Shown one piece after another: positions 43,420 through 54,391 of a DNA stretch of 64,000 nt. The notes below the pieces were generated by a model. That model was not told the origin of the DNA. It saw only the letters and a program-made list of their open reading frames with translations, and did not search any database. The DNA is taken from positions 1-64,000 of the IMG/VR virus record IMGVR_UViG_3300021171_000006, one strand, 5' to 3'. The DNA is from a virus. Made by a program: the position numbers and the translations under genes. Within the stretch, counting starts at the first letter, position 1. Each line of letters begins with the position of its first letter.

Positions 43420-43673
43420 TTTCGGCCCTCCTCAGACTTTTGTGGTTGAGCGTCCGGCGGAATATGAATGTGTTGCCGATCCGCGATGCTCCTCACTGTC
43501 CGACAGACAGATTCGGGATCATCGTCCCCCATTACTACGTCTCGGTCATCATGGGCAGTGTTTCGGATCACCAGCGTAATCTTGATGTCGTCTCGGAATA
43601 GTTTGCGGATATCATCCAATCGCCAGCCAAGTTCGGCGCGGAGAACCCGCAGGCTTTCGGCTGTAGAGGCCAT
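43416..43673 (-). CDS. Hypothetical protein
   Basis: AAGGA RBS. Confidence 0.5.
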   Translation of the reverse strand: MASTAESLRVLRAELGWRLDDIRKLFRDDIKITLVIRNTAHDDRDVVMGDDDPESVCRTVRSIADRQHIHIPPDAQPQKSEEGRK

Positions 43674-43686
43674 AGGATTTTTCCTT

Positions 43687-44094
43687 TTACGGTTGAGTAT
43701 GAGCGATTGTGCGGTAGATCTCGCGAGCCCGCCGCTCGCATCCGGCGGGCACCGGCCTGCGCCTATCGGGCCAAAGGTAGCCGTGGAAGAAGATTTCTGC
43801 CGCTCGGGCCGGGTCGCGTTCGGCCAGGAGCCGATCCAGCGTGCCGAACTCGCGGAGCTCGGTGAAGATGTGGCCGATCTGCGCCTGCCCGTCGCTCCAA
43901 TGGCGACCGAGGACAGCGCGGGCACGTTTGCGCCGCTTGCCGGTCCACGCCCCGAAGCCCTCTCCGAGACGGCTGCTCGCGGTGGGATCGAGGCCGGGCC
44001 CGACTTCTCGTTCGAAATGTGCGATCAGGCCGGCAGAGCAGGCCAGATGGCAATGATGCACGGCGAGGGCCGCGACGAGGGCGAGCATCTTCAT
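43687..44094 (-). CDS. Phage tail-lysozyme-like protein with hydrophobic N-terminus
   Basis: E..LDPTA..G.GAWTGKR..Q...EL..AAEIF..Y..P..R.REIY. Confidence 0.5.
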   Translation of the reverse strand: MKMLALVAALAVHHCHLACSAGLIAHFEREVGPGLDPTASSRLGEGFGAWTGKRRKRARAVLGRHWSDGQAQIGHIFTELREFGTLDRLLAERDPARAAEIFFHGYLWPDRRRPVPAGCERRAREIYRTIAHTQP

Positions 44095-44111
44095 TTCGCA
44101 GCGATGGGCGG

Positions 44112-44933
44112 TTAATCCGCGAGCGCCGCGTCGATCATCGCGCGCCAGAGATGGGCAGCCTTCTCTCGCGTATCGCCGACATCGGCCCAGATCGCCAGCA
44201 TAGTCTCGGTCGGCTCGCGCATCGCCGCGATGGCCGCGCGGGCATCGGCACGATAGTATTCTTGTCCTCTTTTTGGTAACGCATCCCATGTCCTGACAAA
44301 GCTACCGCGTCGTTTAGCTAGGCGCTCGTAAGGCGCTCGTGCGACGCGCTCGACCATCTCGTTCATCACGGCACTCCCTTGTGTCTGAGACCTGGGGTGT
44401 GCTGTTTCCCGCGCGATCCGGGCGATGGCCTGGCGCTCGGGCTCGGCGATCGTGCTGCCCTCAACACGACCATCCGCCAACCCCCGCGCATAGCCTTTCT
44501 CTTCTTCTCTTTGCAGAGCGATAACGTGCTCAGATTGCTGGCGGTAATAGCGCCGGTCGGCATCGCTATCTTCGGCAAGGTGGCGTTCGTGGAGTTCAGA
44601 CATTTCGCGATACTTGGCGATGTCGATCTGACATGCCGCATATGCCATCTCGTCTCGCCCGAAGTGAAGGGTGGCGGCCTCTCGATCCGTAAAGGTTTCC
44701 CCGCAGTGGAAACACGTCCACCTCTCGATGATGCTGCCCTCCTTATCCGGCGGAGGAATAAACTCTCCGATTTTAGAAAAGTGATCGTCACCTAGTGTTA
44801 TTCCGTGATCTCTCGCACACAACGACCATTCACCGAGATGGGACCAATAAGCAACCTGAGGCCAACCCTCACCGACCGTTACCCAGTAGAATCCGGCCGA
44901 TCTCTCTGAGGGTCTATCGTTACGTTCGCTCAT
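44112..44933 (-). CDS. Mosaic hypothetical protein with C-terminal REPTE module
   Basis: WTCFHCGE motif; internal RBS before MNEMVERVARA. Confidence 0.55.
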   Translation of the reverse strand: MSERNDRPSERSAGFYWVTVGEGWPQVAYWSHLGEWSLCARDHGITLGDDHFSKIGEFIPPPDKEGSIIERWTCFHCGETFTDREAATLHFGRDEMAYAACQIDIAKYREMSELHERHLAEDSDADRRYYRQQSEHVIALQREEEKGYARGLADGRVEGSTIAEPERQAIARIARETAHPRSQTQGSAVMNEMVERVARAPYERLAKRRGSFVRTWDALPKRGQEYYRADARAAIAAMREPTETMLAIWADVGDTREKAAHLWRAMIDAALAD

Positions 44934-46120
44934 CGCTTAGGTCCTCCGCTCTCAATCGCTATCACGGTCGCGCTGATATCGGGATGCGTCGCATGTGCTC
45001 GTGCCCACCACGCGCAGCGCTGACGCTCCCGCTCAGTGCCCTCGATGACGCCGGCAGCGTGGGCCTCGCGCCGGTTTGCAGCGACAGCCTCCTCCCGAAG
45101 CCTGCGGGATTCCTCCACATATCCCGCTCGGGCCTCGCGCTCGGCCTGCTCGACGAGGCGGGCATAGTAGGCAAGCGTATCCGGTAAGCTCCCGCGAGCT
45201 ACTTCGTCTTCGGCTGCATCACGATAAGCCTTGTAGACGCGCTCCATCGCCGAGGTGCCGGGCGGGGCCGTCTCCGCAGGCACATCAAACGCAGGATTTA
45301 GCGCTTTGTCCGACAAGTCTTCAGTCAAATGTAAAAATGTTGGGAGATCAACAAATCGACAGAAGACAGCGACGTTCATTTTACGGGCAATCTCTAGCAA
45401 CGTTCTAAGGCTCCACCCGCTATATGCCGGATTCTCCAGGCGCCCAATGATCGTTTTTTGCGTGTCAAGGTTCGCGGCAAATTCTTCCTGTGAACGATTA
45501 CCACGAAAATTACGCATCTGCTGTGCGAGGACGCCTCGCGTATGTGAGGCCACATAGCCATCGCGATAGGTCTTGTCGCTAAAGTTTTCCGTGAGGATAG
45601 CAATGCGACGCGAGGCGCCGGGCTGGGCCGCCACCCGCCGATCTTTGCCACCCCGACGCTCGGTCCCATCGTCGCGCGGCACGATCCCCTGTCGGCGCCC
45701 TTGGCCTATTCGGCGGTCTTTCGTCTTCCAAGGGGCCAACGGCTCGTATACGTCGAGTTTGGCCGTCTCTGCTTTGATACGGACCTTCAGCGTCTCGCAG
45801 TCCTTCGTCAGCCGCGCGATCTCCCCGACCAGCCACTCGGTCATCTGCGCCATGTCCGGCAGGACCAACTCGTTGCCGGGGTGCGCCGCGCGCCACGCCT
45901 CGACGCCCCGCATCTGTGCCTCCCAGAAGCGGTCGAAGCGCTGCCGCCAATCGGCGACCTCGGCTCGCTCCGTATCGAGGAGGCGGAGCAAAAAATGACA
46001 CGCACCACAAGAGTCGCCCGCACTTTCCCCCTTTTCCCTGACACCGGGCATAAGTAGCCACTCGCGAATCTGCGCCTCATGCTCTGCGTCGACCGTCTCC
46101 GGGGTGGGGTCAGCCGGCAT
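44930..46120 (-). CDS. Mosaic protein with internal XRE-like HTH
   Basis: RSQEEFAANLDTQKTIIGRLENP..SLRTLLEIA in a low-GC insert. Confidence 0.55.
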   Translation of the reverse strand: MPADPTPETVDAEHEAQIREWLLMPGVREKGESAGDSCGACHFLLRLLDTERAEVADWRQRFDRFWEAQMRGVEAWRAAHPGNELVLPDMAQMTEWLVGEIARLTKDCETLKVRIKAETAKLDVYEPLAPWKTKDRRIGQGRRQGIVPRDDGTERRGGKDRRVAAQPGASRRIAILTENFSDKTYRDGYVASHTRGVLAQQMRNFRGNRSQEEFAANLDTQKTIIGRLENPAYSGWSLRTLLEIARKMNVAVFCRFVDLPTFLHLTEDLSDKALNPAFDVPAETAPPGTSAMERVYKAYRDAAEDEVARGSLPDTLAYYARLVEQAEREARAGYVEESRRLREEAVAANRREAHAAGVIEGTERERQRCAWWARAHATHPDISATVIAIESGGPKR

Positions 46121-47293
46121 CGTCGGCTCCTGTTTTCGGTGCGCGATGATCCATCAGTTTCAGCCGCGGTGCTGGTGTCGGCGCCTTGACATCGGCCGCC
46201 TCCCGTTTCCGCCAGCGCCGCGTGTCGTGCGACCACTCGTAATCCTCGATTCGGATCAGGCCACGCATGAACGGCTCGCCGGCGAGTTGCACTTCGTACT
46301 TCCCAGCCGGATCCTTCGTCATGATCTTGGCGATCATGGTCTGCGATGGAGCGTCTACCGAGTGCGCCGTGATCTCGACGAGATCGCCTGCTGCGGCGTG
46401 GACATCAGGCATATCATTTCCTCCAGAGGGCGGCATCGCGCAGCAGTGGTGCGAGCCGGGCGGCGGCTTGGGTTTGCATTGGCATGGTCATTTACTCCGC
46501 TTGATATGTGCACGATCGGCCTTGCCATCGAGAGGCGCAAGCACCCGCTGGGGGATGCCCTGGCAATGCCAGATGATCCGCAGGCAGTCGGCGCAGTTGA
46601 TCTTGCCGCGCGCTACGGGCTCGACGCCGCTGTCGCCCTCGCCCTCAACACAAGATCCCTCATAGGCGTAGCCGCACAGGGTCGCGTCGAAAGCGGCATT
46701 ATCCGCATGGATCACCCAACCCCCCTCTGTGCGCTCCCGAAGTCGCTGGAAGGTCATCTTAGGTTATCAATCTGCCGTTGGATATCGGCCTCACTCCTTG
46801 AATGCGGCTCGTATCGTGGCGACGAGAGCGGGGACGAGCATCCGCGCCAACTCATCATCGCTGACCGCGCTGCCAGCCTCGACCGGGGCCGGCTCCGGTA
46901 TGTCGGTGCGCTCCCGCAGGCTGTACGACAGGGCGATATAGAGGCAATCGACGGCGCGCTGGGTCAGCCTCAGATCCCATGACCTCCCCGCCGGCATGGG
47001 GCGGCCGGCGATGGTGGCAGGGAGTCCGTCCATGAGGGCGCGGCAGTCGCGATCCCACTCGGCGCTGCGGATGTTCTTGCTCATGCTGATACTCTCTACC
47101 GGAGAGCGTCGATCCGGCGCTGGATCTCGGCCTCGCCAAGGATCAGCCAAGCCGGATCGTTGAAGGCGTGAAAGGCAAAGGCGGCCTTCGCATGGTCGAG
47201 ATCGGGCGCCAACTCTAGGCATGAGGGCCAGAGGATCTCCATGTCGATCGCGCGCTGCCGAGCGGCCCACCAGGCGCGGAGCCAGCGGATCAT
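46110..47293 (-). CDS. Four small hypothetical ORFs (46110-46436, 46488-46757, 46791-47084, 47096-47293)
   Basis: Closely packed and co-oriented. Confidence 0.45.
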
Positions 47294-47703
47294 GCTGATC
47301 GAGCCCGGAGCGCGGCAATGCAGATGGCGAGCGCGGGGGTTGAGGGGGGTCCATTATGATCGCGGTGCCATCCAAACTCATTGTGTCCAGGGTCGCCATG
47401 ATCGGGATGCGTCTTATGAACAAGTGCCCACGCCTGGAAAATCGACGTGCGACCACAACGCCAGAACCACCCCTCGGGCACGAGGGTCAGAGCCGCGTCG
47501 AGCTAACGGCTGAATCGCAACTCGGTCCCCTGCGACATATCGGGATAACGCCACATCGGGATTGCGGTTTGGCTAGGATCACCGTCAAGGACGACATATT
47601 CGATCGGCTCGCCCATAGTGGCCGTAGCGATAGCGCGATCTAGTTCTTCGCTCCCCTCGCTCGCGGCCTCAAGCCGTCGGATCAGATCGTCGATGTCGGT
47701 CAT
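47290..47703 (-). pseudogene. Phage protein gene with in-frame TAG at 47505-47503
   Basis: RFSR*LDAALTLVPEGW continues in the same frame. Confidence 0.6.
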
Positions 47704-47924
47704 GGCGTTCCCCCTGATTTGCGGTTCGGCTTATCCTCAAAAACCTGCGGTTGTGTTGCCGCCCACCTGCCTGCACACATTCCCGCCGGTCCGAGCCATG
47801 ACGCGCTCACCATAACCTTCGCTATCGTGTTATAGCCTTCTGGCCATTCGCGACATTTGTAATACGCAAGCACGCCACAGAACCAAAAACTCATCGCGAG
47901 GGCGAACAGAATTGCGACGCTCAT
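47700..47924 (-). CDS. Small membrane protein
   Basis: GAGGA RBS; TM. Confidence 0.45.
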   Translation of the reverse strand: MSVAILFALAMSFWFCGVLAYYKCREWPEGYNTIAKVMVSASWLGPAGMCAGRWAATQPQVFEDKPNRKSGGTP

Positions 47925-47940
47925 GCTGCTATCCTCATCC

Positions 47941-48339
47941 TCAAATGCTCGGGGAGCGCGAACGCAACTCGATAGCCTGCCGCGCGCGTTCGATGATTCG
48001 GATGCCGGCGGTCACGTCACCCGAGACGGTCCATAGTCGGAGTGAGACGTTGAGCGGGTCGATGCCGAGTTGACCCCAGAACGCGACCTCGCCGATTTGG
48101 TGTTGCCTCATGTGGCAGGCGTGATCGCCAGGGACGGAGAACTTGTCGCTCGGCTTCATGCCGGTGCCCCCATCGGTCCCGCCGCGAACGTGCATCGCCT
48201 CGACCGGGCCGCGCGCCCCGCAGGCTAGGCAGATCCCAAGCGAACGCACGAAGGCAAGATGCTGCGCCGCCCGCCGTAGGTTCGGCTTTCGCTTCCCCTT
48301 GGGGACGGTGCGGGGGATGCGGGGCGAGGCGCGGGTCAT
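47941..48339 (-). CDS. DUF968-like putative HNH-fold nuclease
   Basis: HLAFVRSL.CLACG...H...MKPSD...CH..QH.IGE..FW. Confidence 0.7.
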   Translation of the reverse strand: MTRASPRIPRTVPKGKRKPNLRRAAQHLAFVRSLGICLACGARGPVEAMHVRGGTDGGTGMKPSDKFSVPGDHACHMRQHQIGEVAFWGQLGIDPLNVSLRLWTVSGDVTAGIRIIERARQAIELRSRSPSI

Positions 48340-48635
48340 CGCGGCGCGCTCTCGATGTTCTCGCTCACCCGACCGCCATCGCCTTCGACACAGTAAGTTT
48401 TGGACGGAAGAGAGCCGCCGTGGGTAAATCCCCATAGCATGGAAGGTGATGGATGCTTCAAATCATCTGTGATGTGCCTCGCAACGTCCTCGCACATCGC
48501 GATGTCATCATGCCAGATAACCCGTTCAACGTACCCATCGGGCCACTCGTGAACCAGGAACACCAAGGCCAGAGGCAGCGTGAGGCATACACCGAGGCGG
48601 CGCGCCAAGCGGGGATTGCGGTGGATCTCGGTCAT
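48336..48635 (-). CDS. Hypothetical protein
   Basis: Coupled ORF. Confidence 0.45.
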   Translation of the reverse strand: MTEIHRNPRLARRLGVCLTLPLALVFLVHEWPDGYVERVIWHDDIAMCEDVARHITDDLKHPSPSMLWGFTHGGSLPSKTYCVEGDGGRVSENIESAPR

Positions 48636-48723
48636 GGGGTCTCAGAATGTTGGGTAACAGCGGCAAGTTGACGAGCGAGGTCAGTTGCCGCTTTGTCTGT
48701 GGTACGCCATTCCATTTGTTCCA

Positions 48724-50286
48724 TCATCCAGCCTTTCCGATTTCGTCCCATTGCTTCGTAATGGCCGCGTCCAGTTCTTTCAGGTCGGCGACGTCGATCT
48801 CCTTGCGAGCCGCTTTCAGGTGCTCGTCATTGTCCCCGATCATGGTGGCTAAATCATCGCTGTTGGTCATCTTCCGCAATTCCGGCAGGAAGACAGAGAC
48901 CGTCCAGATGTGCCATTCCGGCTCCCCGCGCACCATGACGGGCGGTAATTCCAGGCTCGGGTGCATGCGCTCGTCAGCCGGGACGCCGAACCCGAGGCGC
49001 TGCTGGCCGGGTTCTGCCGGCGGTGCTGCCTTGGGCGGCGGTGGCCCCCGTTTTACCGGGGGCGCCGTTTTATCGGTGGGGTCGGGTTCCACGGCTGCAT
49101 TGGGCATCATCTCCTTTCCAAGTTCCGCAGCCTGGGGGGGCTTGGCAGTCGAATGCGGTTCCTCCCCAGGCCGCTCCGCCTCGGTCTGAGGCGAAGCTTG
49201 TTGCGTCTTTTTCTCCTCGGCCTCGCGCGCAGCTGCTTCCCGAGCCGCCATTGCCTGCCGCGCCAGTCCGTATTCGGTGCTCAGTTCCTTCGACAGCGCG
49301 TCGTGCCCGGTCTCGTCCAACCGCTGCATGAGGCCCTGGTTGTTGTCCCACACCGTCGTCAAGGCCGCTTCGTTCTTGGCCTCTTCCAGCGCGGCTCGGT
49401 AGGCAAAGACCGCTGTCTCCACGGTCTCGTAGAGGACGACGTTGCCGACCATGTCGATCACTTCGAAGGGGTCGGGATGTTGCTCTGTCTCGGTGATGGC
49501 ATCGCTGACCAATTCGGCCGGATCTTTGAAGTCCGACCGTTTCGGCCGCGGGGGCGGTGTCACGTCGGTTGCGAGTTCGGAGGCGTCGATCAACTCGTCG
49601 TGATCGAACGGCATGCCACCGAGGATGCCCGGCGCCACGCCCGTCGCGAACCGACGCATCGCGAGATAGCGGATTTGTGTTTTTGGGTCGCTGCCCCAGA
49701 GCGGGCTGTTGAGAGGGAAGCATTGCACGAGATAGAACGGCTCATCCTCGCCGGGCCATACGCGGGGCTCATCCTCGCCCTTCACTCGCCAGCTGATGAT
49801 GATGCCGAGCCCCTTCGCATCTTCCGGCGTCCATGTCGCCTTGATGAACTCGTTGCCCTTCTGGCTGGTCTGTTTCTGGAACTTGCCGATCACCTTCGAC
49901 CAGTCGCCGACATAGGTAGCCTTCGGGGCACCGATGAACCGACCAGATTGCTCCAAGATCGCCTGCACCAGCTTGCCCTCGAAGCCGACCGAGCCGCCCG
50001 GTGTCTGGTATGTGCTCCGGGCGACGAAGCTTGGATCAATGTTCCACGTCACCGCTTGCGTAATCACCGTGAAACACGCCTCGGCCTTGCCGGCAAGGTG
50101 ACGCGGCGTGAAGACCGAGTCTCTGGACATGATTCCGCTCAACCTCTTGATCGACTCGTAAAGCCGCTCGTCGAGCAGGATGCGCAGCGATGGCGCGAGT
50201 TCGCGCTTCGGGCTGAGCAGGTCGCCGATAGAAGTCTCTTGAGCGAGATCAGCCGGAAGGGCGGGGACCGGTGCGGTGTCGTTCAT
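48724..50286 (-). CDS. recT: RecT-family ssDNA annealing protein with long C-terminal extension
   Basis: PRHLAGKAEAC..QAVTWNIDP..VA..TY...GFEGKLV..SPLW..DPK.Q..Y. Confidence 0.75.
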   Translation of the reverse strand: MNDTAPVPALPADLAQETSIGDLLSPKRELAPSLRILLDERLYESIKRLSGIMSRDSVFTPRHLAGKAEACFTVITQAVTWNIDPSFVARSTYQTPGGSVGFEGKLVQAILEQSGRFIGAPKATYVGDWSKVIGKFQKQTSQKGNEFIKATWTPEDAKGLGIIISWRVKGEDEPRVWPGEDEPFYLVQCFPLNSPLWGSDPKTQIRYLAMRRFATGVAPGILGGMPFDHDELIDASELATDVTPPPRPKRSDFKDPAELVSDAITETEQHPDPFEVIDMVGNVVLYETVETAVFAYRAALEEAKNEAALTTVWDNNQGLMQRLDETGHDALSKELSTEYGLARQAMAAREAAAREAEEKKTQQASPQTEAERPGEEPHSTAKPPQAAELGKEMMPNAAVEPDPTDKTAPPVKRGPPPPKAAPPAEPGQQRLGFGVPADERMHPSLELPPVMVRGEPEWHIWTVSVFLPELRKMTNSDDLATMIGDNDEHLKAARKEIDVADLKELDAAITKQWDEIGKAG

Positions 50287-52425
50287 TGGGTTGTGTCCTC
50301 GGGTTCGGGGAACTCTTCGGGGAACTGCTCCTGGCCATGGGCCTGTTCCCATTGCGCATTCCAGCACGGATAGCAGAGACCGTGATCGGGATCGCCCTCG
50401 GGCCAAATCTTCGCCCCGCAATTCCCGCAGAGGGTTTCGGTCCAACCGGGCTGAAGCCACCAGAAGCTCATCTCCGGTGTCCTCCTACAATCGCGTTGTA
50501 GATGGAATCGTGAATGGTCCCGGAGAGCCGGTCGATCGTCAGGTTCACGCCATCGCCGTTGAGCCAGCCGGCGATCTGCTCCGTGGCGTCGGCAATCCGC
50601 TTGAGGCTGATTGCGATCGACGCCAAGGCCGCGCCCTGGTCGATCATGGCGATGTTCTCTTCCAGCCGAGCGATAGTGCCTTGGTACACGTCGCCCCGGA
50701 GACCCTCAAGGGCATCCCATCCGCAGGGGCAATGCTGCAGGTCATAGCCTGCGCCTCGTAGCGGCTTGTGGCAGTCGGGACAGGATTCGTGTTTCTCGGC
50801 CATTGTCACTCATCCACGTCATCGAAGATTGATCGGTTGCCGTTCTCGTCGAGGAGCATGCCGTCATCGGACCACATATGCTGGCCGTTCGGGTGCCGCT
50901 CGGTCGCCTCCCGCTCATAGAGCGCGCGCGTTTCCTCGCCGTAGTTCGGCGGATCGTCGACGGCCCCATGGTGGCCGGAGGCCCATGCTTCGCAGGTCAT
51001 GCGCCCGCTCACGTACTTTCCGTGGTTTGGGCCGGTCTCGCTGAGGCAAAGAGCCTGCACCGAGCCGCCGCCTTCGGATTTCGCGATCATCTCAGACCAG
51101 AAGCGGCAGCCGTAACAATCCTTGGTCTCGCCGAAACTGCGGGGCATCAGAACGGCTCCTCATCGTCGAGGGGGTTGTAGCGAGGCGCAGGCTCGACGGG
51201 CGGCAAAGCGGCCAGCGGGATTGTCGCGAAAATCGTCGGCGGCAATTCATACTGCCGCCTCGCCTGCCGGTCCCATGCGACGACAGGAGAGCATGGCGTC
51301 AGGCGATAGATCGCAGCGCCGCCGTGAAAGACGGCGGGTAGCAGCACGCGATTGAACAGCGGCTCGATCGCCAGCATTTTCGATCCGAAGCGCTCGACTT
51401 CGGCAATGCGGCCGATCAGCGTCGTGTGTCCGAATAACTCGACGATCGCGTACTCGCCGGGCGGGAGCGCCTCAGCATTTTCGAGTTGCTCGGTCATGCG
51501 GTGCCACCAATATCGGGTTGGCCTTCGAAGCGTTTGATCTGCTCCTTGAACATCACAACGATATCCCGGCGATCGGCGCCGTTGCTGATGTAGTTGCAGC
51601 GCCCCTCGTGCTCGCCGAAGGGGAAAACGAGCAGGACGAAGCCGGTCTTGCGCTCTTTGCCTTTGGGCCCCTTGTTGAAGGCGTTGTCGAGCATCCGCGC
51701 GATTTGGTTCATCATCTCGCGATATGCGTCCTCGATCGGAGCGTCGCCCAATCTCTCAACCATCACACCAACCCCTTCTCTGTCGCCAGCGATTCGTCCA
51801 TCGTCATCGTGCCCGCCTCCTCGTCCCATTGGCACTGGCTCTTGGGGAGCCAGACGGTCGTCCTGCCGTCATAGAACCGATACGCTTTCTCGGTTTCTCG
51901 CGGCGGCACGAGCTCGCCCTCGATATCAACGAGTTTGCTGCGGCTGGTCATGGTCGCATCCTCACGGTCGGCTTTGTAGCGGCGTATTTCGTATCGACGA
52001 CAAAGCCGCAGATCGCGCACCGTTTTAGCGTCTCGTCAGGCTGGCAAGCGTCACCACTTGCAAGCGCCGATAAACAAGGCGTCTGCTGGCTATCCCGATC
52101 TATGAGCGCGGCGGCGCATGCCGCTACCATCGCTTCACGGATCGATATCTTGCGGATGATTGCCTGACCAAATTCGGCAAGCACCACATCGACTATCCGT
52201 TCCGCGCGCATCGTTCGATTGTCGACGAGTTTGCTACGGGCCATCGGGCAAGTCCCCTTGCTCGATCGGCTCAACCGCAATCTCGCCGATGCCGTCACAC
52301 TCGGGGCAGATGTCGACCGAAATGATCTCGCCGCGATAAGGGTCATGGCCGTGCGAGATTTCGACCCTGCCGATGCCCGCGCATTCTGGGCATTTGATCG
52401 CCGTCCACATATCTTCGATCATCAC
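50283..52425 (-). CDS. Run of small early ORFs (50283-50471, 50468-50809, 50806-51147, 51147-51497, 51494-51763, 51763-51951, 51948-52244, 52234-52425)
   Basis: Overlapping start/stop codons; phage-type motifs (AIVELFGH; CNYISN; ETEKA..WLPKSQ). Confidence 0.6.
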
Positions 52426-53360
52426 ACGACGCTCTTGATGATGGTGGTCGAATCCTCGATCACCCGTGCGCCAGGCAAGGTACGGACGCCAGCCTTCACC
52501 TGCCGGTCGAATATCTGCTGCACGGCAGCGCGGACGGTTGCCTCGTCCACCTTGCGAGCGTGGCGGATCGCAGCGGTGAGGTCGTAGATCTCGACCTTCC
52601 AGACCTTCCGACCGCTCGCTTTGACGCCGAGACCGCTGTCGATCGCCTTCGCCGTCACGGCGGCGGCTTGGCGATCAAGCTCGGCGGACGCTACCGCAGC
52701 GCGGCGCGCCTCGATGTCTGCGGCTAGGCGGCGTTCGGATGCTTCCGCTTCGGCCTTGGCTTGTTCGGCGCGGGCCTGGGCAGCTTTGGCTGCTGCCTCG
52801 CGATCACCGGCCCGGCGCGCTTCTTCCTCCGCCCGCCGTACACGCTCGGCGGCTTCGCGGGCGGCAGCGGCTTCGCGCTCCTCAGCTTCACGGCGAGCAC
52901 GTTCCGCAGCGGCGGCCTTCTCGCGCTCGACCCGGGCGGCTTCCTCCAGCCGACGCCGCTCGGCCTCAGCTTTGGCTTCCTCGTCGCGGCGGAATTTGTC
53001 CACCATACCAAGTACGGTGAACAGCGGGCCGCCTATCACCTTCTTTTCCGGATCGAATATGGCGAGGCGAGCGGCGATGCCGTTGAAATGCGCGTCGACT
53101 GCGCGTCCGGCCTCAAGGTAGGGACGCTTGCGGGATGCGCGGGCGTCGTCGATCGTGGCGAGATGGCTCTTGATCATCCCTGCTAATAAGGTAGCGCGTC
53201 CCGCGCTCTCCTGGTCGGTGACCTTGGCGCGCTCTACACCACCGATCAGATCCCCGGCTTTCTTTTCGATTTCCGCTGTCTCGACCGGCAGCAATTCAGC
53301 GAGAGGCGGAAGGTTACCACCGATTACAGCCCTGGGATTGGCGTCAAGCGCGTCGGACAT
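52422..53360 (-). CDS. Coiled-coil phage protein (recombination region)
   Basis: IGGNLPP; KRPYLEAGRAVDAHF; LPGARV. Confidence 0.7.
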   Translation of the reverse strand: MSDALDANPRAVIGGNLPPLAELLPVETAEIEKKAGDLIGGVERAKVTDQESAGRATLLAGMIKSHLATIDDARASRKRPYLEAGRAVDAHFNGIAARLAIFDPEKKVIGGPLFTVLGMVDKFRRDEEAKAEAERRRLEEAARVEREKAAAAERARREAEEREAAAAREAAERVRRAEEEARRAGDREAAAKAAQARAEQAKAEAEASERRLAADIEARRAAVASAELDRQAAAVTAKAIDSGLGVKASGRKVWKVEIYDLTAAIRHARKVDEATVRAAVQQIFDRQVKAGVRTLPGARVIEDSTTIIKSVV

Positions 53361-53371
53361 GATGTGCTCCT

Positions 53372-53827
53372 CTAAAACGGGATTGGGAGTTGGTCGAGGC
53401 GAATACGCTCTTTCGGCCGCACCTTCGGCTCTTCAGGGCGCCATTTCTGCGCATGTTCCAAATCTGCAATTTCGTATCGCCAGTCAGCCTCGGTGATCCG
53501 ACGCGCTCGTTCTTGCCGCCACTTCGCCATCGGGGCTGTCTGAAGCGCCTGCTGGCGACCGCTGCGTGGAGCGCGATCTGCCGGCGGCGGGTTCGCCATG
53601 CGCCGTTGTTCTGCTGGGGTCGCTTCGACGAACTCCAACATCGCCCAAATTTCGTATGGGTCGGCGAGGTCGGTGCCGATCTGCCCTTGAAGGTATGGCA
53701 TGGGCCATCTATCGAGCTTGTTCTCAGGTATTCCCGGCTCATGGTCGCACCAGAATAGTCGCGCTGGCACTTCGGGCCCGTCACGCCTGAGTCTGACCAT
53801 CCAGTAGCCCTCGCGAGGCTCAGCCAT
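53372..53827 (-). CDS. Hypothetical phage protein
   Basis: EGYWMVRLRRDGPEVPARL. Confidence 0.65.
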   Translation of the reverse strand: MAEPREGYWMVRLRRDGPEVPARLFWCDHEPGIPENKLDRWPMPYLQGQIGTDLADPYEIWAMLEFVEATPAEQRRMANPPPADRAPRSGRQQALQTAPMAKWRQERARRITEADWRYEIADLEHAQKWRPEEPKVRPKERIRLDQLPIPF

Positions 53828-54391
53828 CCCCTATCTCCTTGGCGATCCGGTCCCGCTCGTACTCCAGCCAGTCCTCGATCCGCTGCTGGACCTCCTGAGC
53901 GAGCCGATCAGCGAGCGCGTGCAGTTCCGGCCCGTTACCGAGAAAGTGTTGGGCCAGCTTGTAGCATTCCTCGTCATAGCTCATCGCTCGGTCACGTCCG
54001 ACAGCGCGAACACGATGCCCCGACAATATTTTTCGCCGTCCTCCAAAATGTCGAAGGAAACGTGAGGAATGGTAGTCTCATAGACCCACGAATAGCCCTC
54101 CGTGTCCCACTTGGCGTCAATGGTGGACGCCGCCTTCATTAACCGCTTGAAATGGGGGCAATCCTCATTATCGCATTCGTTCACCAAGAGACCGGATTTT
54201 GTGAAGTACGCCGTCGCACCTTCCCATGCGCCGATTTCATCGTTGACGGCACCCCGAAACTCCATGAGGTCATCGCTAGCGCCGAAGACAATCACAAGGC
54301 CGTTGAGTTTGGCTTCGTATTCCTCGGCGTCGGTGGTTTCGTCGCGGTACTCTCGACCATGCAGTTGTACGGCCAACTCTCTCGCGTCCAT
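53820..54391 (-). CDS. Two hypothetical ORFs (53820-53984, 53981-54391)
   Basis: VFGASDDLMEFRGA...YCRGIVF; GGGAG RBS. Confidence 0.65.

Noticed and set aside
51927-52244. Similar starts MTSRSKLVD and MARSKLVD in adjacent genes
   Set aside because: Probably an ordinary recombination scar from mosaic gene insertion; too short to support a system.
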